A stretch of 63,376 bases of DNA, the filler included, from Octopus bimaculoides (lineage: Eukaryota), in assembly GCF_001194135.2 (NCBI RefSeq). It is 4 parts of 4 records of this genome, joined end to end, with 100 filler letters (N's around TTAATTAATTAA, not from the genome) between each part and the next. Parts side by side here need not be neighbours in the genome. Positions count along the whole stretch, not along the records: positions 1 to 20,295 come from NC_068987.1; 3 more parts are not named here. One strand, given 5' to 3'. Positions 1 to 12,650 of the stretch are shown piece by piece (position 1 is the stretch's first letter; each line of letters starts with the position of its first letter). Under the pieces are notes generated by a model that was given only the letters and a program-made list of their open reading frames with translations, did not search any database and was not told the DNA's origin. The translations under genes and the position numbers were made by a program.

Positions 1-16
1 ATATATATATATATAT

Positions 17-180
17 ACGACAGGCTTCTTTCAGTTTCCATCTACCAAATCTACTCTCAAGACTTTGGTTGGTCCGAAGCTGTAGTAGAAGACACTTGCC
101 CAAGGTGCCACGCAGTGGGAGTGAACCCGGAATCATGTGGTTGGTAAGCAAACTACTTACCACACAGCCACGCCAGCGCC
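17..180 (-). mobile_element. tRNA-derived SINE family B, 5' head half (internal (TA)n at window start)
   Basis: Reverse complement reads GGCGCTGGCGTGGCTGTGTGGTAAGTAG...GGTTCACTCCCACTGCGTGGCACCTTGGGCAAGTGTCTTCTACTAC; A/B-box-like head shared with copies at 13395, 17460, 18858, 40080. Confidence 0.85.
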
Positions 181-885
181 TATAAGCCAATCTTGCACCT
201 ACAATCTGGAAAATGATCTCTCTTTTATCTTAAGAAGTCCAAATGTAGTTCTATAAAATCCGAAATTGAATTCAGATATTAATCCAAAGTAAAAGATTAG
301 GGTAACTACTAGAGTGTCGAGCAGGAAACTCTGTGGTAATTGTCCCAACTCCTTGCTTTCAGACATCAGTGTCTATAACGATAATGGTGCCAGTTTATAA
401 GCGGCCCAAGAATTAATAAGGTTCCAAAGAAAATTATGTAAGATATTCCAAAGACTTGATTCCAAGTGATGTAGTAATACGAATGACATTATAGCAAAAA
501 GGATTTATTTCATTGGGGTATCGACTTCTGTATATTTGTGGAATGACTCAAGAAATAGTAAGAAACTGGCGCTGGTAGGAATTAAAATACAGACGTAAAA
601 TGGTGACACTAAATACTTTAATTCTATGCGCTAACATTTCTACTTTAACTCATCAATGTTTGGTGAATAGTAATAATGCTAATGCATTATTTAGATGTGA
701 AAACGATTGGTAAAACGGGGCAAGACGTATTAAGGATTACATTGATCCTCAACAAAATGAGAGAAATAATTTATTTTATTGATACTGGATTAGTAAAAAT
801 ATTTAGATGGAATCTAAATATTGAACCTTTATTTATACGAAACACGGTTTTCAAATGCATAGTCCGTAGCTTTCACCACCACCAT

Positions 886-990
886 GACGACGACGACGAC
901 GATGAAGAAGAAGAAGAAGAAGAAGAAGAAGAAGAAGAAGAAGAAGAAGAAGAAGAAGAAGAAGAAGAAGAAGAAGAAGAAGAAGAAGAA
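886..990 (+). repeat. Compound (GAC)5-GAT-(GAA)~29 microsatellite
   Basis: Direct reading; accounts for the poly-D/poly-E ORF in the track. Confidence 0.95.
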
Positions 991-3900
991 GCACTGGTTG
1001 ATGTATGTGTAATGTCTCGCTCCCCTCTCCCTCTCTTTTCACTCTATATGTGTGTATTTTTACATATGCGTGCGTGTGGGCATGTGTGTGTGCATATGTG
1101 TGTGTGTGCATATGTGTGTGTGTGTGCGTGTGTGTGTGTGTCTGCCTTCAGTGCCAAAACGTAATATCGCCAAAACAGGTTGAATATCCAATCATCAGTA
1201 CCAAATTGCCAGATTCTAAACAGATGCGCCCATTCGTCTCACTCCGAATAATGAGAGTCCGATTCTTTTCCACCGACTCTATTACAAATATAGTGAACAT
1301 ATTTAGATGATATTTAAATATAAATATGTTCGTTTCCCCCTTTTCTCTCTACGATTCAATGTCTAGATGTAACAGAAATAATTTCCAAAAGAGTTTGAAA
1401 TATTTATTATTTTAATCATACGAAACAATTTAAATCTATTATGAAACCTCTATCCTTTAAATATCACAAACCAGAGAGAGCTTTTACACAGTCGCTCCAT
1501 CGGTTACAAATAGCAAACAAATCTTCAGGATTGACACGGTTGGAATTCTTTAATCATCGATCCGATAGATAATGCTTGCTCTGGAGCTAAACACCACCAC
1601 CAACCACAAATAACGACATCAACAACACGTATTTGCTTAGCTTCAAGTCAATCTTCAACTAGACCTATGATCAAAACCGTTCCAACTGTGACCATCTGTT
1701 TTATTTATTGTTATTTACAGACGGGAAGATCACGGATGGAACTCTTTAGAATATAGTTCTGCTCGAATAAGGTAGGCACGAGGCTAAACAACATCTAATA
1801 TTTAATTTAATAGCAGCGTTTGCAGTTGAAACTTTGTAAAATAAAATACTGTTTTAATAGAAAACACGGATAGTTACTAACAGAGATATTTATGGTAGAT
1901 GCATCACCACGGTGGTGCAAATTGATTTTAGAAAATGTAACCAAAGGTGTGAATTGCATTCAATAATAATTCTGGAATAATACTACGACATCCCAGATGG
2001 GTGTATTTATTCTGTTAAAAGTATTTATATTGAACACGAGATTTTTTAACTACTATACAAATATACATCCTCAAACTGTTCCCGCAGTAAGCTATTTGAT
2101 AATTCTTCAACTATTACTCAAAACTCATATACAGAAGAATCTAAAACTTAAATTATATGTGACTCACAATATATATTATTTGCATTATTGCTGATACCTC
2201 AGGCGATACACAATATTAACATTTGTTCATAAACACATGACTACCAAACAGTTTAATAATAAACGTTAAATTTACCCCCAAGATACGCTGTGTTTTGATG
2301 TATGAGAGTATGTTAAGATACAGAAAGAGAAAGAGAGAGAAAGAGAGAGAGAGAGGGGGTGAAGGTGTGATTTAATAAATGATGATAAATTCCTTCTAAT
2401 CCGATCATAGTCAAACAGAGATAGAAAGACGGAATTTGAAATTGAAACACAAAAGGTTGAAATTAAATACTGTAATTCTATGCGCTACCATTTCTCTTCA
2501 ACTCGCCAAATAATGTCTTATTTAACCATAAAACCAATTGTTGAATTGATTGGATCGATTTCCAGTAATTGACTGGAATTTATTTTATTGACTGCTGAGT
2601 GATGCATAGCAGTTAGCTCGGTGAAACTTGAATATATAATGTTAGCTAACCCGTAACTCCACCGATACGTTTTCCGAGATCGCGTACTTAATCCTATTGT
2701 CGTTATTTCTAATGTTAAAAACATTGTAAAATAATCAACCATAACCTTTTAACTACTGCTGAGTCATTATTCAAGTGATTTACAGCTTTTCTTACTCACT
2801 GTGTGTCTCAATAAGCATTTCCTTATTTGCCTCAAGGATGACGAATGAAGAGATCAAACAAGGAAAACGACAAAAACGACGTGATTTCATTTTGTTTTAT
2901 TTTATTTTATTTTTCTTGACTCTTAGAATTCATAAAGCCGTTTACCCTGTTGCAGGGATTCAAGGCCAGCACTTCTGAGGGGAAGGGCAAGTCGGTTACA
3001 ATGACCCCCAGTATTTGACTGACATTTTATCTTATGGAGGGAAAACATAGTCAACTTTGGCAGGATTTGAACTGAGAACGTAAAGAGACGGAAGAAAATG
3101 CTGCAAAGCTTTCTGTCCGAAATGATAACGGTTTTGTCTGCTTGTTATCTCACGATGTGAGTTTATTGTGAATCAGTTATTAAAAACATAGAAAATAGTG
3201 GCGAATACCTAAGTTGGTACAGTTCTTACACATTTGAGAAAGAGAAAGGTGACATGTATCTTTCAAACGAATACTACAAAGGTCACGTGGAAAATTTGAC
3301 TGGTGATTATTGCTGCTGCCATCTGTAGTTGCTTTCCAAGAAAGTGAGGGAGAGAAAGAGAGTTTACTAAGAAATAAAAGGGAGGGTAAAGTTTCCCTTT
3401 CAGGGGAGAGAACGGCTGAGGGTTTATATTTTTTTTTTTGCTTTATTTTTATTATGAGAGGTATTTTTCTTATGAATGAGAGAACATATGAAATAATATT
3501 TCCATATGATTCAATTTTTTTTCATTTTCAGTGTCTTAGTAGCAACAAACGTCATTTTCCTTAAAGTTGGTAACATCCCAGACGTTTCTCAGTTATCAAG
3601 CACTCTCACAATGAGCCATGTACCAGTGATATAAATCAACAAAGATATGTTTGAACTATTTTAAAGCTTTCTTCATAGAAGAATAAAATAAATACACTGC
3701 TGAACCATTCGTCTAACACTGTCTCTTTAAAATGGTATAATCCATATCAACACAAAACAAGATTAAGATTAAAAAAATATGCATTTTCCAAGAGACTTGT
3801 AGTGAGAGGATGATTGAAGACTGATATGGTTTCAAAACTTAAGTATTGATTTCTTCAAAACGAAGGCCATAGAAATAATTACAACAAAACAAAGGAAATT

Positions 3901-4599
3901 TATAGTTTTCTAAAATAAAAATGGATTTACATGCTTGTCAATGTTATTCGATCCGAGGACTAATTTCTTGGCTAAAGTAGAACATCAGATAATTAAGGTT
4001 GGCTGTCACATGAATGGAATTCAGCAATTTGCTTCATATTTATAAATCCCCCCACCCCCGCAAAAGAAGAAAACAATTCCAGAAAACAATACTAAGCTTA
4101 AGAGTAAATATAGTCAACTGACTTTTAGGAAAACGTATTGACTGAAAGTATTTGCGCAACATCTATTGACAATAACACGTATTCTGGGTTGTTTTTTTTT
4201 TATTTTTATTAAAAACTACCAATCCTAGTAAAATGTCTGTAATAAATACATTGAGCTCAATTTAATCAACAATACTCTATCCTCTACATAGTGCATTATT
4301 GTGTTGCGTTATTGCATCTAATAAAATGAATTGCTATACAAGAGTATATTTGTCGCATATGAGATACGATATGTTCTACACACAAACATAATATATTATG
4401 AGCTGTATTCTCTAAAAGGTAATTTATCTAATAAAAAAGATCTTTTGCTTATAAAAATGTTACTCTCACTGATGCAGTCACAATAAACCGCCTGTTTTTC
4501 TTCTTTTGTGCACTCATCATCATCATCATCATCTATCATCACCATCATCATTATCCTTGTCATTGTCATCATCCCCATCATCATTATCATCATCATTAT

Positions 4600-4870
4600 C
4601 ATCGTCAGTCCCTTGACATAACAGTCTCAGGGTCCTCGAACTCATAGGGTTACCTGGTTTCCACGGCGTATTAATGATCAAAATCACATTACCTTTAAAC
4701 GGGATGCCCTTCTATCGTAGGGTTTCTCATTTATGGATGAGTACAGCGAAGCGACGTGAAATGAAGTGTTTTGCTCAAGAACACAATGCTACGCCCGGTC
4801 GAGGAATAGAAACCATAATCTTGCGATCGTAAGTGCAACACCATAACCACTACGCCATGTGCCTTCACCT
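4600..4870 (-). mobile_element. tRNA-derived SINE family C, diverged; tail adjoins (CAT)n at 4514-4603
   Basis: Reverse complement GTGAAGGCACATGGCGTAGTGGTTATGG... resembles the younger copy at 60195-60506. Confidence 0.7.
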
Positions 4871-5399
4871 CCTGTGCATTATACCCATGTCCAAATTCAT
4901 TTGGTTAACCTACTTTGCCCGTTTCATACCTATTACCCTCTTATTATATACTTTAGCTAAATCTTTCTAGAAGATGCGCTAAACTACCGATACTCTCATT
5001 TTGGAGCGATTGCAAAATATGTGCGCTCAGCTTCATTACTTTGGACTTAATTACATAGAAAAAAAATTAGTCCATCATAATACTGTTATAAACAGTTCAG
5101 TGAGTATGATATGAAATTGCTTCTAAAAATTGTATCGTAACCTCATATTCACCAGAGATTTCATTATGTAAATGTACGCTTAATTATGCACAATGTTACT
5201 CATCGTATTGATAGGAATATGTACTGGACAATCTAGTAATGCTACATGCGATATACTGACGTACTATCCAGAAGTATATGGATCTCTAATCCTTATAACA
5301 ACACAAACACAGAGTTTAATATTGACCATTGAAAGTCTTTTGAACTTATAAGAGATTTACACGTAATTCTGCATTAAATTTCACCAAGAAAATAATTGG

Positions 5400-5650
5400 T
5401 GTATTGTTGTTGTTGCTATTGAGTCATTTAGCCCTAGGTGAACTCTGATTGAGAAAATTTATGCTCAGTGCATTCTAGCCGTAACCATCCATTATCCATC
5501 TCTTTGCAGGCGTCTCAAGGACAACGGTTTTTTAATGGGTCCCCTGCTTATCAAGGCGGTAGGGTGTGTTTTGAGGAAAATGTGGCTACGATTTCCAGCG
5601 GGTCTGACAGCAGCATAGGGATTTACCTGGTGGGTTACGAGAATAAATAT
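5400..5650 (-). mobile_element. Dispersed retroposon-like repeat family D with (CAA)n tail; related pieces ~1620-1700, 11320-11540, 16570-16720, 38790-38860, 60960-61050
   Basis: Shared TTAGC..AGGT...CTATG..CA....ATTC.AGC..TGACCATC and GCT..TATTTCT.GCAG motifs among copies. Confidence 0.5.
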
Positions 5651-5855
5651 TTATTCTAGCCAACTGATTAGCGTTTATCTATATCACAACTATACCATTT
5701 TAAGCTGCGATTTATCGAAGCAATTATAACAACTATCGATACATTTTGTATATTCTCTTGATTAACATAAATCGCCAATAGCCGCATCGGCGGAAGTGTC
5801 AGCCTAACTGTAAGGTAAAGAATGTATACTTCGATGGCAATATTTCTGCCTCAGT

Positions 5856-7290
5856 CAAGGTGGCGAGCAGGCAAATTTGTTGGCACGCTGGCAAAATGCT
5901 TAGTGACGTTTCGTCCGGTTTTAAGTTCTGTATTCAAGTTTGCCTTTCGGGGTCGATAAAATGAGTACTAGTTGAGTACCGAGGTCTATGTAATCAACTT
6001 ATTCCCTTATCCGAAATTGCTGGCCTCGTGCCAAAATTTGAAACTAATGTTTCTGCTTCTATCAAGGAGGTGAGCTGACAGAATCGTTAGCATGGCGGGA
6101 AAAATGCTGGCAGAAACGGTTAGCACGCCGGGCGAAATGCTTAGCGGTATTTCGTCTGCCACTGCGTTCTGAGTTCAAATTCCGCCGAGGTCGACTTTGC
6201 CTTTCATCCTTTCGGGGTCGATAAATTAAGTACCAGTTACGCACTGGGGTCGATATAATCGACTTAATCCGTTTGTCTGTCCTTGTTTACTTGTGGGCAG
6301 TAAAGAAATAGGTATTTCGTACGTCTTCACGTTTTGAATTCAAATTCCGCCGAGGCTGACTGCGCCTTTCAATCCGTTTGTGGTCGATAAAATAATGATC
6401 AGCTGAGTACTGGGGTTGATGAAATCAATTTACCACCTCCCCGAAATTACAGGCCTGGTGCCAAAATGTGAAACCAATATTCTGATTTTTTACATCATAC
6501 ACTGTTCAAACTCTGCGAGTGTCAAATTCACTTTTATCCTTTCTGGTTCGATGAAAAAAGGACCAGTCAAGTACTGGAGTCAATGGTATCGGCTAATCCT
6601 CTCGTTTGAAACTGCTGGCCTTGCTCCTAAATCAGACATAATTTGAAGGCAGTGAGGTAATAGAATCATAAGAGTGCTGGAAAAAATTGCCTTGCTGTAT
6701 TTCTTCCGGTTCTTTATGCTATGACCCCCGCCGAAGTCAACTTTTTAGATCGTCCGTCTACGATCGATAAAGTAAGTTCCAGTCATGAATTGTAATCAAC
6801 GCTATCTGTGCTCTACCCCCAGGCAAAACAGCTAGACTTGTGCCTAAACTAGAAACCATTATTCATATGGGCTGTGGATCAGCAGAATCTGCAGTGCATC
6901 GGTAAAACGCGTTATTGTATTTATTCTGTCTATTTACATTTGATTGCAAATTCGTCTGCTGTCAACTTTTCTTCCGTCGTTTTATTTTTAACTTACATGA
7001 ACGATAACATAAAGCACTTCCTAGATGAGTACGAATATCAGTGCAATCAACTAACCCTTTCCACCTAATATCTGGCTTTGTGCTTAAATTAGAATTTCCT
7101 TTTTTTTTTTTGTTTTGGCGGTGCGGTGGCAATCTTTTATGTTCCGAATTCAGAAGCCACCAAGGTTAACTTTACCTTCTGTCTTTCCTATCTCAATAAA
7201 ATAAATGCCGCCAGTCAAGTACTGGATGCTATTGAAGCGTCTAAATTTTCCATTGAATTTGTGGTAATCTGCCATGTTAGAAACAATTAT
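5856..7290 (+). mobile_element. Head-to-tail array of ~7 SINE family A copies
   Basis: Repeated units GGCG.TGAGCTGGCAGAA...GAGTTCAAATTCCGCCGAGGTCGACTTTGCCTTTCATCCTTTCGGGGTCGATAAA...GGCCTTGTGCCAAAATT at ~5858, 6064, 6310, 6500, 6646, 6866, 7115. Confidence 0.8.
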
Positions 7291-7605
7291 TTTGTCGCTT
7301 TATGAAGTATTTCTATATTTTTTATGGAATCTTTCCGGGTTTTTTTTATTCCTTGATCCAAACAACGCAGGAAATCCAAGAATGGACAAAAGAGCTTATG
7401 ACTCTTGATTTGAATTATTCCAATCAGGCAAAAAGGATTTTTACATATGTCTCCATTTCACTCTGACATTCCCAGTGAGACCAGATCCAATACGGTGTCA
7501 CTCAATGTGATTTTAAGAATCACGCTAAACAAACTGAGTATTTTCCCCAGCACTTTGCCATTTAGGATTTACGATTCCTCTGCCTTCGCAGAAGAAAGCA
7601 TATCT

Positions 7606-7795
7606 TTTATCTTTTAGTGTTTCAGTCATTAGACTGCGGCCATGATGGGGCACCACCTTGAAAAATTTTTAATCGAAGGAATCGACCTCGTGTTTATTTT
7701 TAAGTTTGGTACTTTTCCCAATGCCGAACGGTAAACACACCATCACTGGAAGTCAAGCAGTGGCCGGAGGACAAACAGAGACAGAAAGACACACA
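7606..7795 (-). mobile_element. SINE family B 3' half, abutting the R4/Dong fragment
   Basis: TGTTTCAGTCATTAGACTGCGGCCATG...GGACAAACAGAGACAG matches the family B tail. Confidence 0.75.
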
Positions 7796-7799
7796 AAAT

Positions 7800-8544
7800 T
7801 CATTTTATTTTTATCATTCTGAAAGACTCGGATAATTATTAATTACCGGTTATTCTTTACTTGAAAGCAGGCAATAACAAATCACCAAAGGTTTCAAGTA
7901 GTGCCTTCTCCTGTGACTCAAAGAGACAATACTCTCCTTAGGATGCAAGCTGTACCCAACGATGCTGTCTTCTGGATCACTTCGAGCCTGACAGCAACTC
8001 CAATATTCTTAAGATGTTTTTCAAAGCTCTTGGAAACTGCTCCTAATGCTCCAATTACCACCGGTATCACCATTACTTTCCTCATGCCCGATAACTTTCC
8101 TATCTCGTGCCGCAGTGGCAGGCATTTCTCAATCTTTTCTGTTTCCTTACATTTCACCCTCGAATCGCATGGTATTGCAACATCTATTATCTTTACTTCT
8201 GTTTCGTCTTTATGGATGAGCACGATATCTGGCCGTCTCGCCTCTATGACTGGATTGCACTGTATGTTAAAATCCTAGAGTATTTTGTAACGTTCGTTTT
8301 CCGTTACTCCCTCTGGCTTGTGTTCATACCATTGCTCGGCTCTCCCGAGGCTTGCTTTACCGCACAACAGCCAGTGGCCATATCTGGCCACATTGTCGTG
8401 TCTCCTTTTGTACTGGCGTTCTGCGAGCTTACAGCACTCACTTACAATATGGCTTATACTTTCTCCCTCCTCAGAGCACATCCTGCACTGTGGTGAGTCA
8501 GTGCTTTTATCAATGTGATATTTAGAGTAGTTTGTTCTGAGAGC
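7800..8544 (-). mobile_element. R4/Dong-clade non-LTR retrotransposon 3' fragment (CCHC knuckle + restriction-like endonuclease), 5'-truncated
   Basis: Translations CRMCSEEGESISHIVSEC...RRHDNVARYGHW...WYEHKPEGVTENERYKIL and IIDVAIPCDSRV...KETEKIEK...VIPVVIGALG...IQKTASLGTACILRRVL; stop at 7918-7920. Confidence 0.9.

Positions 8545-8605
<61 letters not shown>
8545..8605 (+). repeat. (TAT/ATT)n microsatellite at the 5' junction of the R4/Dong fragment
   Basis: Direct reading. Confidence 0.95.
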
Positions 8606-8607
<2 letters not shown>

Positions 8608-10366
8608 AACATCCAAATAATTTTTTTCTAGGAAAAGAAGATTCTAAGTATCATTTCCAATTAAACAGATTAAGAAAACAGTTTCTAATTCTTAAATTCT
8701 ACTGAAAAATAAATAGATAAATACAGAAAAGAAATAAACAAGTATCCAACTTATCCAGAAAAATAGGAAGTTGTCTCTGATTATAGTTTAACAAATTGAA
8801 CATCACAACTTTCTTTGTTTTCGCTGTCACATCGTAATTAGCTAATTTGCAACACGAAACCATGTGGTGAGAGAACAGCCGACTGCATCAGTTCCTACAC
8901 TAACAGAGAGGAAATAATCAGCAAGCAGTGACGACTGCACAAACGGTAGCTTTCACAAAAGTCGTTCGACATTCTATAGAGGCTGTCGAAAGTTTAATGC
9001 TAGTCCCTGAGTTATAATATTTTTTCTGAACTAGTCAACCTCCTCAGAGAGCGGGAGAAAAGAAAATACTGAAAACTAAAGTGAAATAACGAATGATTTG
9101 CCTATTTACTCTTAACACGTTCACAGATATGCTGATCGCTCTTATGTTCGTCAGAGAACAGCTTCTCTTTTATGACGACTATGTATTCATAACACACTCA
9201 ATTCGTAACTACGAGAGATACTAAGACACCGATGTTTCGAGATGTTGTGTCTTGTCAGCTGAAGTACTCGGATTGATGAATCTAACAAGAGTTGATGACT
9301 TTCTTTATAATTTCAGCGATCAAACTGATTGCTGCTCAATACTGATAATTAAATGGTAATATGCACGGTGAATAGCGAGTTTCGAAACGATAACTTCCTT
9401 ATTCATATTTAATACATTCCGGCAGATCCGAACACAAATATGTTAATCGTTGTTGTGACCGTCATAGGAGAATAGCTTTTCGTATATGATGAAACTTCAG
9501 GGTGATGAGACTCAGTGAGTCGAAACATCATTTAACATATTTGCTTTCGAATATGCCGGAACGTACTTAAGAGTAAATATGTGATTCATCGTTTCGAATC
9601 TCGCTGTTCACTGTGCATGTAACGATCTATATGAACCGGTAGCAGAGATGGTTTCCTTTTATGGATGGTAAACGCAATCCATCACCTGTTTTCATGCCAT
9701 CACCTATCATTGAGTGGTTATAATGGAGTTCGCTTTGCTGCAGTGACTCGAACTAGTTTTCAAATCTCAGAATAACTTCCTCTCACCAATTAGACAGGCA
9801 CTGAAAAAGTTTTATGGATGCTGCATTTTTGCTTCTTGGATTAAACCATTAATTAAAAAAGTATATGACGTATTATTACTTTATTTTCCGGAACAACACG
9901 GGACATAATTTTGAACATGTTTTGGAACGGTTTCTTACCGTCATCAATGTGAAATCATAGCGGAAGAAATATCATTTCGAAGTAACAGATAAACATGCGC
10001 GTGCCTGTACGCACGTGCGTGTCTGTATATGTATGTATGCGTGTTTGTGTGCGTGCGTGTATCTGTGCGCGCATGTGTGTGTTTAATGTGTGAAGTATTA
10101 AAGAACTATTACAGAATAAACCATATATAGTAAGGAAAAAAGCTGTATCAGTCTATAAATGAGAATGACATATCAGAACTATTTTATTTCTAAACAATTG
10201 TATTTTTCTCTCAACAAATATACTTTTCTCTATATTCATTTAGGGAGTCAATGATTTCGGATTGTAATGATGAAGCTATACTTCACCAATGACGCCTAAA
10301 CAAGCAGAAAACATACGGAGTTTAATCTCGTCTTGAGTCGTGGGGAAAATAAACACTCACTCATAC

Positions 10367-10367
<1 letters not shown>

Positions 10368-10420
<53 letters not shown>

Positions 10421-10945
10421 NNNNNNNNNNNNNNNNNNNNNNNNNNNNNNNNNNNNNNNNNNNNNNNNNNNNNNNNNNNNNNNNNNNNNNNNNNNNNNNN
10501 NNNNNNNNNNNNNNNNNNNNNNNNNNNNNNNNNNNNNNNNNNNNNNNNNNNNNNNNNNNNNNNNNNNNNNNNNNNNNNNNNNNNNNNNNNNNNNNNNNNN
10601 NNNNNNNNNNNNNNNNNNNNNNNNNNNNNNNNNNNNNNNNNNNNNNNNNNNNNNNNNNNNNNNNNNNNNNNNNNNNNNNNNNNNNNNNNNNNNNNNNNNN
10701 NNNNNNNNNNNNNNNNNNNNNNNNNNNNNNNNNNNNNNNNNNNNNNNNNNNNNNNNNNNNNNNNNNNNNNNNNNNNNNNNNNNNNNNNNNNNNNNNNNNN
10801 NNNNNNNNNNNNNNNNNNNNNNNNNNNNNNNNNNNNNNNNNNNNNNNNNNNNNNNNNNNNNNNNNNNNNNNNNNNNNNNNNNNNNNNNNNNNNNNNNNNN
10901 NNNNNNNNNNNNNNNNNNNNNNNNNNNNNNNNNNNNNNNNNNNNN

Positions 10946-10975
<30 letters not shown>
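10368..10975. repeat. (CA)n - assembly gap (10421-10945) - (TA)n
   Basis: Direct reading. Confidence 0.95.
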
Positions 10976-10978
<3 letters not shown>

Positions 10979-11807
10979 TGTATTTATGAATGTATGTATG
11001 TAAGTAAGTATGTATGTATATGTATGAATATACGTACATATACATATATATGCACACAAACGCAGTGCGATATAGATATGAATATTTTGGTCATCGACCA
11101 ATATTTTCTCTTCGTTCCATACTTATGTTTATTTAACTTTACAATGTTGACACTAAATATGTTGACAGCCATTTATTTAATTTTCATCACGTGGATAGAA
11201 TCTTAGAAATAATCAAATTTGGAAACTACTTATCTGAAAGTTTTGTTGTTTCTAAGAACTGTCTGCTTTTAGATAAATAAATATCGTAGTTCTTGTTTCT
11301 TTTGTTATTGCTGTTTACTCACAGATTAGCTTTGATTTAGAAAACCTATGAGCAGAGGAATTCCAGCTATGGCCTTCCACTTGTTGTCTTCTGGGTGGAG
11401 AATGTTTCAAGCATAATTCTTACAGGACTACACTACCCAATCTCTTTTTTTTTTATGATGGTAGAATGAAATTTAGGGGCAGGTGCTTCTATTACTAGCA
11501 GATATAGTAACCACATATAAGATCTATTATTGGGTGGAAGTGAAAATGCATTAAAAATAATGGCAACTCTTAGATATAAGAAAATTTAAAACTAAGCATG
11601 AACGGTTTAAAAACACAGGTAACTTCGGGCGCCAGGTTTTCCTATGACCTGTCAGTATGGAGATTCCTTTCTACTAGTTTATTTGTTCAAATAGAGTCGC
11701 CATCCATTGCTGGCTTGCCAACAACACAAAATAAGCACGTGTTTAGGGCATCAAGGGAAGGGGGAACCGCATAACTGGTAAATGGCTTACGGTACAAAAG
11801 AAATCAC

Positions 11808-12074
11808 TTGAAACTTGCTAAAATAAACATTTCTGAGTGTGCCTTTCCAAATGTAGACATTGCCTTTCGCATATATTTAACATCAGCGGTCAGAAATTTC
11901 TTGGCTGAGCGTTCATTTTCTCAGTTGGAATATATTAAAAATCCCAATAGAATAACTGTGCAACATGTCAGGCTGCATGCCTTATGTCTAAGTATAGAAG
12001 CGAGTATCTTACGTAAGATTAATTCTGAGGATCTGATCAAAGACTTCGCAATTAAAAAAGAAGAAAACTATTAA
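11808..12074 (+). pseudogene. hAT transposase C-terminal dimerization domain remnant
   Basis: FPNVDIAFRIYLTSAVRNFLAERSFSQLEYIKN...RLHALCLSIEASILRKINSEDLIKDFAIKK matches the hATC pattern (FPN..IALRI.LT.P......ERSFS.LK.IK). Confidence 0.8.
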
Positions 12075-12200
12075 AATATCATTAAAGTGGAAGCATAGAA
12101 AAAATAGACATTATTTTCCCTCTTACCATTAGTTTTGTTTCATTTTGGAAAATAAAAATTAGTTTAACAGTTTCTCTTTGTTTACATTTTGAGTTACATA

Positions 12201-12391
12201 CAAGGGGGTGCTGAAAAGTTCCCTGTTTTGGGTAAAAGAAAATACAGGAGGATCAATTAATATTCCCCTTTCAGATTCACACACTTATTGCAGCGGTCTT
12301 TCTAAACCCTATAAAAGAACTCTGAATGTTGGGCCTCCAATTAGGCCTTTCATGAAATCCTTAAAACCAGGAACTTTTCAGCACTCCCTCA
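12201..12391. mobile_element. Mariner-type MITE (~190 bp)
   Basis: TIRs CAAGGGGGTGCTGAAAAGTTCC (12201-12222) / GGAACTTTTCAGCACTCCCTCA (12370-12391); TA on both sides. Confidence 0.85.
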
Positions 12392-12489
12392 TATATATGA
12401 GATCACCAAGATCTTGTAAGTCCTTAAAGTCTCTATGTGTCTTAATCCGGCCCTGTTTGCCAGGTCTCTCGCAACTTCATCATATTACT

Positions 12490-12527
<38 letters not shown>

Positions 12528-12549
12528 AGCTGAGAGGATCATAGCAATT

Positions 12550-12650
12550 TGAAATCAAATGTTTTGTTCAGGAACACAACGCTCACTTCAAGAATCGAAA
12601 TCACAATCTTACGATCACAAGTACAACACACTAACCTCTAAGCCAGACGC
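12550..12650 (-). mobile_element. SINE family C head fragment
   Basis: TGTTTTGTTCAGGAACACAACG...CACTAACCTCTAAGCC parallels 4750-4870. Confidence 0.55.

Noticed and set aside
676-1310. ORFs with poly-E, poly-L and CV repeats
   Set aside because: Created by (GAA)n and (TG)n microsatellites; no recognisable domain
10296-11206. Long ORFs spanning N runs (also at 18837, 23407, 32974, 39573, 41107, 46883, 61357)
   Set aside because: Artefacts of gaps and stop-free dinucleotide repeats
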